Source: Eledone cirrhosa (lineage: Eukaryota). Taken from it: 64,000 nt of DNA. The notes under the pieces are model-generated. The model saw only the letters and a program-made list of their open reading frames with translations, was not told the DNA's origin and searched no databases. Position 1 is the first letter of the stretch, and every line of letters starts with the position of its first letter. Below are positions 39,036 to 52,790 of this stretch, piece by piece. The position numbers and the translations under genes are program-made. Location: NCBI GenBank assembly GCA_964016885.1, contig OZ024740.1, positions 255,006,001-255,070,000 of the forward strand. The letters are read 5' to 3'.

Positions 39036-39254
39036 AGACGTGTGTAACTTCGCGGAGAAGTTTCCGTTAATTTATGTAAGAAAAAAACGTGAGTTTTTAG
39101 TTAAATTTTATATTATTGTGTAACTTGACCCCCCGTCTAGACTTTCAGGTGGTGGGTCAACTCATTTTCGCCCCTACAGGGGCGAAATATCCGTTTGAAA
39201 AAATGTTTTCTCCATCGAATCTTGGAAAAAATATTGTAAAAGTTTGATTACGTT

Positions 39255-41065
39255 ATGAACGCTGCGTCCAACGATAATGGTGGTGGAGAGTCGGTAAGAC
39301 TACAAAGCTCGCAGTCAACATCGTCTTCTTCCCCTTCCTTCTCAATAGACACAATAGAGATGGAAAGACGAAATGAAAATGCAAAAACAAATTCATATCC
39401 AAACAACACAAATGACACCAAACAGTTCAATGACAACAAAAATAACAGCAACACCAATAATGATGATAAAAACAACAATGATAACAACAACAAAGAAAAA
39501 AATAAAGACAACACCAATAACACCAGCATCAAAGACAACAACAACACCAAGGAAAATACGAATAATATCAACATCGGTGACAACAAGAATAACAACAACA
39601 ATAACAACAATAATAACAACACCACCAACACGGATAATTCCACAAAGAAACCAAAAATCTCCTTTGCACAGGCAGTTCAAAAAAAGGAGGAACTGTTATA
39701 TCTCGACATAACAAATGCTGAACAACTTTTAAAGGACGCTAGGAGATATGTCACTTTCGAAAAAAATGGTACTTTCAGCATCAATTCTCCGGTAGAAATT
39801 CGCAAGGAAACTGCTCTCAAAACGATAGTTTTTAGGACAGTTTCCAATTCTACCCGAAAACCAGCCCAATTGTCACAGAAAGAAATTGAACTGGTTTTCA
39901 AAAATTCAATGAATGATATTGCATTCATTCAAAGAAGCAAACTTTTTGGGAGTATTTCGGTACTCATGAAGGATCAATTGACGGCCCAAAATTACTCTGT
40001 GTCGCCAATTGTATCCAACCTGTACACCTTTTTCCCTACATACATGGGAAAAAGGACACAAAAGATCAAAATCACGAGTGTCACACCAAAGGTGAACATA
40101 TGGTGGATACTGTGCGGCTTCATCAATAAACTACATAAACTTTTCGGTTGAGGGTAGGCGGCCTTCATGTTATCATTGCTTTAGCAGGGGGTCACCTAAG
40201 GGCTTCCTGTCCTAAATTAATGAATAAAAAAAAGGCTCTTCTGCCGACACCCATCAAAACAACACAACCACCAACACCACCACAACAACAATACCAACAC
40301 ACAAAAATAACCACAACAAACACAGTCCCACCCAACCCCACTCCACCTAAAACCACTGCAAAATCACATACAGACACAACAGCTCCCCAAGACATACCCC
40401 TCCCCAATGACACAGACGATACAACAGATGAGGCTATCTCGCCATCACCCAGTGAAGACGAGGGAGAACCCCATCGCTCGAAAAGAAAGAAAAGACATCA
40501 CAAAAGCAAAAAACCCAGCAAACACTACCACAAACATACAACCACCAACACAAACAACAAAAACATCACAAACAAAACCCCCACCTCCTGAAAACAAAAT
40601 ACCTACAACAAAACGAAAGCACACACAAGAACTACAGACAAAAACAAACACAACACAATAAAATTACACTTACACTTACATAAACACTGAAAACAAAACA
40701 CTAATGGAGACCATCACGAACGACCCTTCGGTGAAAACCGAAGGGAAAACTTTCGCCCACTCTATTAAAAATAGCAAAAAACTGAACCTAAAACTGATTA
40801 TGGTCCCTATACAAACTTATAGGTCCCTAAAAGAAACATTTGAGAAGAATGTGGGGAATTCCTGCGTGAAACCACTCAACCGCGTCCTTCTCAAATGTCT
40901 CCCCACCCCAGACACCCCCATCTCACCAGACCCCACCCCACCAGACCCCACCCCACCAAACATCTCCGTACCCACCCCGCCAGAAACCACCACCCATCCA
41001 GACAACCCCTCCAACACCCCATGGAAATCGTGCGGCCTGGTCCCCAGGAGACGAAGGGTGAGTGA
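39255..41065 (+). pseudogene. Tx1 ORF1 (Asn-rich N-terminus, CCHC knuckle, Thr/Pro-rich tail), disrupted
   Basis: ORF 39255..40151; frameshifted knuckle CYHC...HLRASC at ~40168-40210; homologous to 52790-54250. Confidence 0.75.
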
Positions 41066-41098
41066 TTTCTTTTCCTCTTTTAACTTTTCAGCACCAAC

Positions 41099-44000
41099 AT
41101 GGCCAATATAAGAGTTGGATGTGTGAACGTACGCGGCCTGGGGATGCCCTGGAAACAGGGCAAACTCTTAAACGACCTCAGATCGCACAGTATGGATGTG
41201 GTAGCCATTTGCTAGTCCAGGATCCACAGCGAGCGACAGCTGGCCCCATTTTCGATGATTTTGAGATCTACGCATCTCTCTGTCAACCGGGGGGTGAGGG
41301 CGGAGTTGCCGTTTTGCTGCGGAAACACCTGGGCCTCGTAACACAGACGGTACATCTGGACCCGGAGGGTCGACTGGTGGTCCTAGACGTTGACGGTAGT
41401 GAAGGTGGAGCCTTCAGGCTGGTGGTCGCATATGCCCCATCCGGGACGTTCCCAGACTTCTTCAAATGTCTAGAGACTTTTCTGGGAGCGTCCCGCTCCT
41501 TGCTTTTAGTGGGGGACTGGAATGGAATACTAGATGCACGTTGGGACTATGTGGGAGCATGTCCCGATAAAGGGGGGGGTGTAACAGCCTCAAATAGTTA
41601 ATCGACCGATTTGACCTGGCCGATAGATATCGACTAGATTTTCCGACTGCGCCACTGTGGACGTGGAGTAATCGTAGCGGAACATCTAGATCGTACCTAG
41701 ATAGGGTTCTAGTTAGAAATAAGGATAGGGACATGTTAAGCTGTCCACAAATGTTCATGTTTGCCTATTCAGATCACAAACTAGTGACCTGCATGGCCAA
41801 CCTTGATAGAACCCATAGACAAGGACCCGGCTACTGGAAGCTGAACTTGTCGTTACCGACAAGCAAAGCCTACAGTAGACTGATTAGCACTTTAGTTAAA
41901 CAGCACTTGACAGGGGCCATTGTCAACAACAGATAGTGGTACTCTCTCAAGAGGGCAGTTAGATTAGACTCGATAGTTTTTAGTAAAGAATTAGCGTTAG
42001 ATAGAAATAGAACCGAGAAGGAACTGGTAGATAAAGTAGAAGAGGCAATTAGAAGTGGCAACGTAGCCAGCGTGCTAGCAACGAGGACGGCCTTGGACCA
42101 GTTCTTCGACGCAAAGCACGAGGGCTGCGTTGTCAGAAGCAAAATACGTGCTCTGGAAAACGAGGGAGCCAAAGCTGTTAGCTGGGCCCGAGTGACGGAG
42201 GAAAAAAGTGGCAACAAGTCCACGATTCGGTCTTTGAAGGACCAAAACGGACGCGTGATACGTGAGCCGAAGCAGATGTTTGCTGCTTTTCAGCGGCACT
42301 TTGCTCAGCTGTTCGGGGGGGGGGGAGGATATGGATTTCGGTCCATACCTCGACAGCCTACCGCGACTCTCGGACAGCGAGGCAAAGTTCTGCGAAAAGC
42401 CGATTTCAGCCACTGAGATAGGGGATGCGCTGAGCCAATGCGGCAAACGCAAATCTCCAGGTCTCGACGGTCTACCCTACGAATTTTACGTAGCAATGCC
42501 GGACTTATTCTCCGGTCTCCTGGAAGCGGTCTACTGCAACTGGCAACAACGGGAGAATTCCCAGTTCTGTAACCGGGGGCGTGGTCACACTAATCAGGAA
42601 GGACGAGAATAAGGGGGATGACATAGGCAACTTCCGGCCCATAACTCTGCTAAACACAGAGTTACAGATTTTGGCCAAGGTGTTGGCAAAGAGGCTGGCG
42701 CTTGTCGTCGAGAACCTGGTGGGAGAAGCGCAGACATGCGCAATCCCGACCAGGTCCATACACGACAACCTCCACCTCATGCGATACATCATAGAGAGGG
42801 TAGGGTGTAAACCCGGCTTCGGTGGGGCCCTGATCAACTTGGATCAGTCTAAGGCTTTCGATAGGGTTGACCATCGTTACCTGGATGCGGTGCTCGAGGC
42901 GGCAGGATTCGGACCCGTGTTCAGGGGCTGGATTGTTGCAATGCACAACAGCAACATCTGCTCAAGGGTAAAGGTGAACGGCTACCTCTCGGAGCCGTTC
43001 CATATTACGCGATCCATTCGACAGGGATGCCCTCTCTCCTCCCTTCTGTACGTACTGACTCTCGAGCCACTACTGCGGAAGTTGGAGCTATTGCAGGGCA
43101 TACCTCTGGAACCGGGACTGCGGAAAGCGGCGTCGGCCTTCGCCGACGACGTGACAATAATGGTGTCGAGTGCCTCGCAAATCGAGGAGGTCGCCACCTT
43201 ACTGAAGGAATACGAAAGTTTCACAGGAGCGAAGCTGAACCGGGACAAGTCCATCGGTTTGCAACTCGGATCGTGGAGAGGCAAACCGATGCCTTCCGAT
43301 GGCGTCGCCGGACGGAAGGACCGGTAAAGCTGCTCGGGGTCTGGTTTGGTCCGGACCTCCAGGTGGAGAAGAACTGGAACGAAGTGACGGCCAAGGTGTT
43401 TGCACTCACCCAGAAGTGGGCCGAGTGCAAACTATCCTTCCGATTCCTTTGGAAGAGGCGGGCTCCTTTGGTGAGAAGATCCATCTGCTGCCAACACCCT
43501 TCTAACGGAGGGCTGGGGATGCCGTGGTTGACGATGCGCAAACACGCGCTCAGGCTGCGGCATCTCTACGTATTCCTCACCGGACAACCGGTGTGGGCCC
43601 CGTTCGTGAGGCGAGCCTTCCCACGACTCGTCTCGCTGACCGAGCTGCAGTTCTGGGTCAAGCAAAGACCGAGGAAAATGGGCGACTGGCACATCGAATG
43701 TGCTCAGGCGCTCACAGCCCTCTGGCAGGCGGACCCGGCGATCAGTGGAGACTCCACTTCGTCATTCTATAGAGGGCTGATCCGCAGCAAGTGCGACGAC
43801 GCGCTCGGTGAAACTCTAGGCGTAGAGGAAGATGAACTGGCTAGTCTGTTCGGTAAGACCTTCCGCCCGGGACCGATGGACAACTTCGAAAAGTCCCTGG
43901 CCTGGCAGTGCTACCGAGGAGCTCTACCAGTTAGAGACAAGCTCTACAGACATGGGCGCCGGGGCAGGGACCCTGCAAAAAAGATCTGTCCGAGGTGCGT

Positions 44001-44403
44001 GCGAGACGAAGAAACCGTCGCGCACGCATTCATACACTGCCCGGGCGTCACTGACCTGTGGGGCTATGTAGAACGACTATTGTCGCGGGTGGGACAAATC
44101 CAGTTGACCACCGAGTCCACTGTCATGATCAAACCGCCACCCTCCTTCAAAAACGAAGGAGAGGCGGTTTTCCTTTGTGTGATAGCTATGGCGAAAGAGG
44201 TTGTATGGTGGACAAGGTTGAAAGGGCTGAGGTCAGACACCTTTCTCTCCGGCCAACAACTGATTCTTTTTTTCAAATACCACTTTGGAAGAAGAATCAG
44301 GATGGAGAGAGAGGTGCTGTACCCCAGCAAGTTTTATGAAAGGTGGGTGAAAGTGGCGAGAATGGCCCGAGTGAATGGGCCTTCTCTCTATATCAGCCTG
44401 TAG
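41099..44403 (+). pseudogene. Tx1 ORF2 (AP endonuclease, reverse transcriptase, C-terminal zinc finger), frameshifted
   Basis: LLVGDWN, SDHK, GYWKLN, KSPGLDGLPYEFY, NFRPITLLN, LDQSKAFDRV, IRQGCPLS, FADD, GGLGMP, CPRC...ETVAHAFIHC. Confidence 0.92.
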
Positions 44404-44647
44404 GTTGAGGAAAAGGAGGAGGAGAGGAAAGGAGTACAAACTCTTCGTACTCCTGGAGACGAGGGTTGCACATTTTTTCGGGGGTGTCTCCCCCTATTGG
44501 GGAAAATCGACTAACTTTTTAAATTACATTTGTGATAACATTTTACACGTTTTTGTTGTATGTAAACTTCCCCCTTTGTATTTGTCCCCTTCTTTTGTGC
44601 CCCTGTGGCTCATAAAGAAACATATCTATCTATCTATCTATCTATAC

Positions 44648-47600
44648 AATTTGTCTCGCTGGCGGAGCTGCAGTCCTGGGTCAAGCGAAGACCGAAGAAG
44701 ATGGGCGCCTGGCACATTGAATGCGCCCAGGCGCTCACAGTCCTCTGTCAAGTGGGCACAGCAATCAGTGGAGACTCCACTTCGACATTCTATAAAGGGT
44801 TAGTACTTTACAAGTGCGACGACGTGCTCGGGAAGACTCTAGGCGTCGAAGACTTTTCGCCCGGGACCTATGGACAACTTCCAGAGGTCCTTGGCCTGGC
44901 AGTGCTACCGAGGAGCTCTACCCGTTCGAGACAAGATCTACAAGCACGGATGCCCCGGCAGGGATCCTTCCACGAGGATGTGTCCAAGATGCGAGCAGGA
45001 CATTGAAACCGTCTTGCACGCAATTGTACACTGCCAGGGCGTAGGCGGCCTGTGTAACTATGCAGAACAACTGCTGTCGCGTATGGGACAAATCCAGTTG
45101 ACTGCCGAGTCCATAGTAAGGATCAAACCGCCAGCCCCTTTCAAAAACGAAAGAGGTGGTTTTCCTTTGTACAGTGGTTATGGTGAAAGAGATTTTAGCA
45201 GTATTAGTTATAGATGCTATCGCCACTTTAGCAGGGTGGTAGAATCAGTGGTCGTTAGTTGCCAGTGTGGTAAGTGATAGTATCCTCGTTGGATTATCTT
45301 GTTGACATAGACGTGAGGGAAGGTCCCTCGATCTATTTACCATCTATTTACAATATTCCTTTCGTCAGGTCGCCAATTCCAGCAGCATGGATTAAAGTTG
45401 TTATTGAGACACGAGTAATATAATAACGACTTCAACCGCAGTAATTAGAGATGAAATGTTTGTTTATTTATATGGTTGAAGTTACAGATAAAAAGAGGTT
45501 ACAAAAGGGAATGTGCCATTGCGCCGTTAAGCCGGCGAGGCTAGGGTGCAATATCTCACTGCTACATTATGCGTGTTGCTGGCTCGAAGTTTCTGGTACA
45601 AGAGAGAGATTCTTCAAATCTTCGCGGTGAATTTCTTCCTCAGGGCGCGTAGGGATACATCCTCTTCTACTGGCGCTGATTGGCTGAACTGAGCCAAATC
45701 ACGCACAGAGAATGTATGTGAGCCCGCGGAATGTAGGTCACTACATCACCTCCGACCAGATTTTCAGCCGAAAATCGATAACGAAGAAACCAAGGACCCA
45801 CATATTATTGAATCAGCAAGAACAAATGCTGAAAGCGCACATCAGTGAAAAAATAATTGAGCAGAAAGATTCGTGCAAGAACAAAAAAAAAATTAGGCGC
45901 GACGGGCCGTATTGAGCCGCTGTCAAATGACTAGCTGTTTTGTAGTTTAAACGAGACCCTCAAGGGCCTACCAGAAAACAGATAAAGTCTGACATGGGCG
46001 AAGTTGCTGTTCTTGCATTAAATGTCAATGGTAAGCGTTGTACCAGTAGCTGTGAACGAAGCTATTATGGTAGTTTACCAGTGCTGGCGAGAAAATGATG
46101 GCCCCCAGATGTATTGTCGAATGTGCTGTGGAGCTAGGAAAAAATGGCTGGTTGCTTTGTAAAGAACAAAAGGCAAGTATAATCTGTAGGTGGGTTGCAG
46201 TGTAAATTCCATAATTCGGGCGAATCCACAGAAGTGGCCGAAATGCTGACAAGTCCAGTTCAATTTGTTGCTTTCCCAGCGAGTCGGGCAAAAACAACAA
46301 GACGGATGGCCGTCATGGACGATCAGTGTGCAACGAGATGCGAAGCTGTTTGAGTTCAGCTGCAATTAGTATTCTCGTGTTGCGGTGCTTGTTTGAATCC
46401 AGTGGATTAAGCTTAGTGAGCTGCCAGCATCTCAACCAGGTGAAAAGGGACTCGCAGAATATTACGTTTGAAGAACATATACCAAGAACAACATGTTGGT
46501 GTGTGATAAAAAAAAATGTCTGCATATGCAGGCATGTAAAACAGCAAAGAATGTGAATGAACAAAAACCATGAGCAAGCAAATAGCAAAAGAGCACAAAA
46601 CAAGTAAATGCATTCTACAAAGAAATATGTGAATGTAACAAACTGATAATTCAAAGTCAATCTAGGGGAGCAGAGAAATTGCTCAATAAGTTCAAAGTTT
46701 TTCAAAGTCAAATAGTTCACACATCACCAGTGTACAGACACTAGTTCTGTCCGAAAACTGAAAAAGAAGTATGTTAATGCCGTTAGGGGTTAGATGTATG
46801 GTGTTTTTGTGAGATTTCGTGGCCATTTTACCGTCCCGCCACACGGTTGTGTTGCTTATTGTTAAAGCAAAGTCAAAGAATCTTCTGTAGAGTAGGAGTC
46901 ACCAAATATGGCAGTCACGTCTGACGCCATAATGGTGAGAAAACTACTGTCTCAATTTCTCGCGTCCCTGTGGTAACGAGACAGAAGGTATGGTGGTTGC
47001 GTCGGTAAAGTTACAAGCCGTTTTGAAATTTCCGATGTGTGGTGGTTGGCGTCGGTAAGGTTATGAAGCTGCCACCCACTGTTCCCTGTATTGGTCAGTG
47101 GTTAAACAACGCTGTCGCTGCTGCTGTCATTGTTGTTGTCAAGTGTAGCCATGACATGTCGGTAGCCATCTTGAAATTTTTTCGTGGCGAAAAAGCTTTT
47201 GAAATACTGCTAATTTTTCAAAAATCTTAAAAGGAATATTTTGGATTTTCGCAAGTTGCGACGTGGCAATAAAAGTTCAACTGAATGAATAAGAAGGGCT
47301 GCGTTAAATTCTTACGTCGGTCACCACTTTAGCAGTTATTGGTTATAGATGCTATCGCCACTTTAGCAGGGTGGTAGAATCAGTGGTCGTTAGTTGCCAG
47401 TGTGGTAAGTGATAGTATCCTCGTTGGATTATCTTGTTGACATAGACGTGAGGGAAGGTCCCTCGATCTATTTACCATCTATTTACAATATTCCTTTCGT
47501 CAGGTCGCCAATTCCAGCAGCATGGATTAAAGTTGTTATTGAGACACGAGTAACATAATAACGACTTCAACCGCAGTAATTAGAGATGAAATGTTTGTTT

Positions 47601-48322
47601 ATTTATATGGTTGAAGTTACAGATAAAAAGAGGTTACAAAAGGGAATGTGCCATTGCGCCGTTAAGCCGGCGAGGCTAGGGGTGCAATATCTCACTGCTA
47701 CATTATGCGTGTTGCTGGCTCGAAGTTTCTGGTACAAGAGAGAGATTCTTCAAATCTTCGCGGGGAATTTCTTCCTCAGGGCGCGTAGGGATACATCCTC
47801 TTCTACTGGCGTTGATTGGCTGAACTGAGCCAAATCACGCACAGAGAATGTATGTGAGCCCGCGGAATGTAGGTCACTACAAGATTATATGGTGGACGAG
47901 ATTGAGAGGACTGAAGACAGATGCCTTTCTCTCCGGACAACAATTGATTCCCTTCTTTAAGAATCACTTTAGAAGGAGAATCAGAGTGGAGAGAGAGGCA
48001 CTGCATCCCAGTAAATTTACTGAAAGGTGGGTGAATGAAGCGAAAATGGCCCGAGTGATTGGGCCTTCTCTGTTTATAAGACTGTAGGTTAAAGAAGAGA
48101 GCAAAAGGAAGAAAGGAGCACGTGCACAACACGCTCCTGAAGTTGAGGGTTGTTCTATCGACGGGGTATTAAACAACCCATTTGTGGTGCCTCACCCTTA
48201 TTGGGGATTTCGATTGTTATAATTGTTTGTTTCAATATTTTTACACGACTGTATGTAAAATCCCCGGCATGTGTCTTTGTTTTGTCCCCTTTTCTTGTGC
48301 GCCCTTGTGGCAAATAAAGAAA
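44648..48322 (+). mobile_element. 5'-truncated Tx1 family B copy 2, split by LTR element copy 2
   Basis: Starts right after (TATC)n; MDNFQRSLAWQCYRGALPVRD; resumes at 47882 (IIWWTRLRG); ends GGCAAATAAAGAAA then TATC. Confidence 0.88.
45195..47881 (-). mobile_element. Non-autonomous LTR retroelement, copy 2 (5' LTR 47329-47881, 3' LTR 45195-45745)
   Basis: Reverse complement of 1757-4434; PBS TGGTGACCGACGT (2-nt deletion) at 47314-47326; TSD AGATT at 45190-45194 and 47882-47886. Confidence 0.9.
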
Positions 48323-49049
48323 TATATCTATCTACCTATTGTATAGATAAAGGAGTTAATAAAATTATATAATAATGTAAACTATGATATCAATGACCTT
48401 GCTTTTGATGAATGGAATAGTTGTCAGAGTGAAGGGGTGAAGGTGAATGCCAGAAGTATAATAGGTGGAGTGGGTGTGGGTTGATGATGCCAAGAATGAT
48501 CCAATGTCTAACGTATGTTTAAGCATATTGTTTTACATTTTGGGGAATTTTTGGAAGTGTAATGCAGCCAACTTGACCTTCTTCTTTTGAGAAAACTTTC
48601 GTGATGATACAGACGAATTTACTACTACTGCCTTAATGACTCCAAACCGAATCGCGCTGGATAATACAGAACAAAGCCTGCCGATGAAGGGACCTCTGGT
48701 TCCATCGTGAAAATGCACATACGACTTGCATATGCATTATGCAACTCATGGTTCATTTCCCCAGAATCCCAGAAATTTATCGAAGACTTTTATCGATTTC
48801 TATCGATTCTTATCAACTCAGCCTGTTTGTATTTATCGTTGTTGTAATATGAATATGGCCACATGCATTTGGTCGCCTTTCTTAGGGTCACACTTTCTTA
48901 ACTTTGGGTTTACTATACACGGAATTGTATTAACTTTTCGCACTTTTGAGTGTGTTGTGACTGCCTCAAAAATTAGATTTGTATCTGCTATACTGCGGCT
49001 ACAATATCGATTCATACCTCTTATGTGTGTGTATATATATATATATATA

Positions 49050-49122
<73 letters not shown>

Positions 49123-49564
49123 TGTGTGTGAGTGTGTGTGTGTGTATAAAAACGGTATTCAACAGACATAACAAAAAATTAATTATAGTTCTAATCACAA
49201 CTTCAAAAACAAAGTCACAACTAACCCTCCTCCCCCAAAATCTAACATATTACACACACGCACATACACTCACGCCCCATCCCTAGGTAAGAATCAATTC
49301 TTCACTGTTTTGGTAATGTTTTCCCACTTAAATTACTGAACTATAGGAAATCAATTGACGAAAATCTAGGGAAAATCAATCGACAGAGAATATATGAAGT
49401 CAATAAACAGCTTATTCTCCGCCCCAACTCTCACCCTACATTCAAAATGACATGGAAACACTGAGAGTTTGGTGCACGTTAAAATAGACCAATTTGTCAT
49501 CTATCTATCAACTGTCTATCTATCTATCTATCTATAAATTGACAGAAACTGTATCCCCTCTGTT

Positions 49565-52500
49565 CTCGTCTGCTTACCTGCGGGCCCCATTTAAGTACTT
49601 GGTTCGCCAGTCTCTCCGGGAGAAGTCTCAAAGCGTGTCCAAACCAGCCCAGGCGTCGCTTGCAGATGGTAGAAGAGACTAGCTGCTGGTTGGTGCGGTT
49701 CCCGACTTCCTGGTTTGTTACATGGTCACTCCATTTAATCCCCAGGATCTTTCGCAGACATCTGGAATCGAATGCGTCCAACTTCTCTTGGCTGGTCTTA
49801 AGGTGCCATGTTTCACTTCCGTACAAGAGTGTGGACAGCACGTTGCTGTTGTAGAATCTCATCTTTGTTTTGAGGGTGAACTTCCTGCTCTTCCAGATCT
49901 TGTCAAGCTGGTTAAATGCTGCTGAAGCCTTTCCCATTCTACATTGCAGTTCACTGTCCATGGTGCCCTCATTGTTAATGGAGCTTCCTAGGTAGGTGAT
50001 GTTGTCCACTATCTCCACCTCCTCCTGTTCAATGAAGACACTAGTTGGTGATGGGTGTGTCCCAGATAACATGCTTTTGGTCTTCTTGGCACTGATATTG
50101 AGACCTAAGCCTCCTGCTTCGACATTGATATTGTTCACAATGATTTGCAGGTCAGCTGTGCTCTCTGCAAGTGCAGCAATATCGTCCGCAAAGTCCAGGT
50201 CAGACAACTTTTGCTCTCCCACCCAAGATATACCTTGGTCTTTAGACGCTCTTCTAAGTACCCAGTCAATGGCTATGGCAAAGAGAATTGAAGAGAGCGA
50301 GCAACCTTGACGCACGCCAGTAACCACCTCAAACCAGTCACTGTAACCATCCTCTGTCTGTATGCAGCACTTGGAGTTTGCGTAAATCTGTTTGATTGCT
50401 GAAATGACTTTCTGGGGCAGACCATATTCATGCATGATGCTCCAGAGCGATGGTCGATGAATGCTATCGAATGCTTTGGAGAAATCGATGAAGCTGGTGG
50501 CGAGGGGCCTCTGGAATTTGTTGTACCTCTCAATGATGCGGCGTAGCGTAAAGATCTGCTCTGCACAGGAACGTTTTGGTCGGAACCCTGCCTGTTGTTC
50601 TCGCACTTCCCGGTCTACCATGCCACGTATGCGGTTCAGGATCACCAGACAATAGACCTTCCCTGGTATGGAGAGAAGTGTCACTCCCCTCCAGTTGTCA
50701 CAATCGGCAAGGTTGCCCTTCTTGGGGATACAGACAACCGCTCCATTTCTCTAGTCTTCTGGGACTTCACCCGTGTTCCACACAAGATTACATAAGTGGC
50801 CCATCCACTTAACCATGCTTTCGCCTCCTGACTTCAGCATTTCAGCAGAAATGCCATCCATACTTGGTGACTTGTTATTCTTAAGGGTTTTGATGGCCAT
50901 GCGGACTTCCTTCTCGGTGAAGTCATCAGTATTGATAGGTAACAAACTAGTAGGTTCCTTAGTTCTGCTGGCATACGTGGCTCCGGTCGGTTGAGGACTT
51001 CCTTGAAATGTTCAGCCCATCTGACTAACTTTTCTTCACCCTTGGAAAGCAGCGTACCATCTTTCGCTTTCACCGGGCCTGAGTTAGCTCTAGAGCTGCC
51101 GGTGATTTTCTTGGCAATTTGGTACACAGAGCGCATGTCATTGCGTGCCGCAGCTGCTTCTGCCTCCTCTGCCTTACTCTCAAGCCACATTCGTTTGTCC
51201 TTTTTGGCGCTGCGTTTCACCGCCTTGTCCTTCTCAACATACTGCTGATATACTTTGATGGCCTCTGGGGTAGTGGCATGCCTCTGCTGGTGTAGGGCTT
51301 TCCTTTCATTAATCAGCTGCCAGGTGTTGTCGCTGACCCAAGCTTCTCTGAGGAACTTCCTGTAGCCCAGGATTTCTTCCCTTGCAGCTTCCATGGTCTT
51401 CTTCATTTCCTCCCACCAATTGACCGAGCCTGGTGCAGACTCCTCAAGGACAGCAAATCTGTTCCTCAAAGCAGCCTCGAACTGTGCTTCTGTGTCACCG
51501 TTCTTCAGTTTGGTAGTGTCAAAACGCCTTGTAGTGGGTGCTTTTTTCTTCTGCTTCCTCAGTCTGATTTTAAGTTTGGTAACAGACAGATAGTGGTAAC
51601 TGCAGACATCTGCGCCTCGGTAGACTCGGAGGTCCTGCAGGCAAGGAGTTCTCCATCTTAGGCCAATTGCAATGCGGTCTATTTGCGTCTTGGTCCTGTG
51701 GTCGTTCGAAGCCCATGTGACCTTGTGGATCTTCTTGTGGTCAAATAGTGACGAGTCGATTTTCATATTGTTCATGGCACAGAACTGGACAAACCTGTCC
51801 CCGTTGTCCGTGCGGTTTCCATAAGCATGGGGGCCAAGGACATATTCAAAGCCAACCCTGCTTCCCCCGATCTGTGCGTTCATGTCTCCCATGATGATCA
51901 GGATGTCATGACGTGGGGTTTTGTTGACAACGTCTTGTAGTTGCTGGTAGAAAGCGTCCTTGTCATTGTCGTTATGTTCGTTGGTTGGAGCATAGCACTG
52001 AGCTATGGTGACCTTTGCATGTGATGTGGTGAATCTTGCTGTCATTAGGCGTTCGTTGATAGGAGTCCACTCCTCAAGGGCACTACTGGCAGCCCTGTCC
52101 ATGATGATTGCAATTCCATCTCGGTGGGTCCTGTTCTGACAGCCTGAGAACAGGATGGTCTTGGACAAACTTCCCAGAGTCAGTCCAGCGGACCTCGCTG
52201 AGGCCCAGGATGTTAATTTTGTAGGCCTCCATATCTCCGATAACTTGCGCAAGTTTGGATGGTTGGTACAGAGTTCTTATGTTCCAATATCCAATACGTG
52301 TGGTTGTTTTTGCAGACAGAATTCTGGTCCTCAGGATGTGGGCTGCCTCATCGAGACTTTCGTCGACACTCGTCACACAATCTCCGGTTAGAGACAACCA
52401 TTCTCCTGACTGCTTGGAATTTGAATCTAATGCACTATGAATTGTTTTCGTAGCAGGAGAGTTTTTCCGGGAATAGGTCGCTGACCTGAAGCCCAACCAC

Positions 52501-52790
52501 TGACATTTAGTAAAGAGACAGTAAGTGGAGTAGTCTCTGGTAGAACTGCAAACCGATGGCCACGGAATATGGTGTTGGACCGGTGCCGAGGGAGGATTTC
52601 CTTCTGCTTCCTTGTTGAAGCACATACGTCTAGTGGTGCCGTGTCAACACCACCCCCTCACGTTTTTCAGTCCACCAGCTGAAGCGGTGTGACGGGGCAT
52701 GGCGCTTGGAGCCACACGTGAGAGATTTAGGGGATGGGTGGGGGCCGGTGATGACTGACCACCCACCAGTTAGGATGCAGCTGTCAACCA
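49565..52790 (-). mobile_element. RTE-clade LINE, nearly complete but frameshifted and lacking its 3' tail
   Basis: IGYWNIRTL, ILGLSEVRW, QCYAPT, IMGDMNA, KSPSMDGISAEMLK, QAGFRPKRSC, FIDFSKAFDS, GVRQGC, LDFADD, LLYGSETW, RRLGWFGH. Confidence 0.93.

Larger units (their letters stand above)
39036..44620 (+). mobile_element. Near full-length Tx1-clade LINE, family B copy 1
   Basis: 5' UTR, ORF1, ORF2 and 3' UTR ending CCCTGTGGCTCATAAAGAAA; (TATC)n on both sides. Confidence 0.92.

Noticed and set aside
48530-49010. Possible exon or DNA-transposase remnant
   Set aside because: No recognisable motif; only short ORFs.
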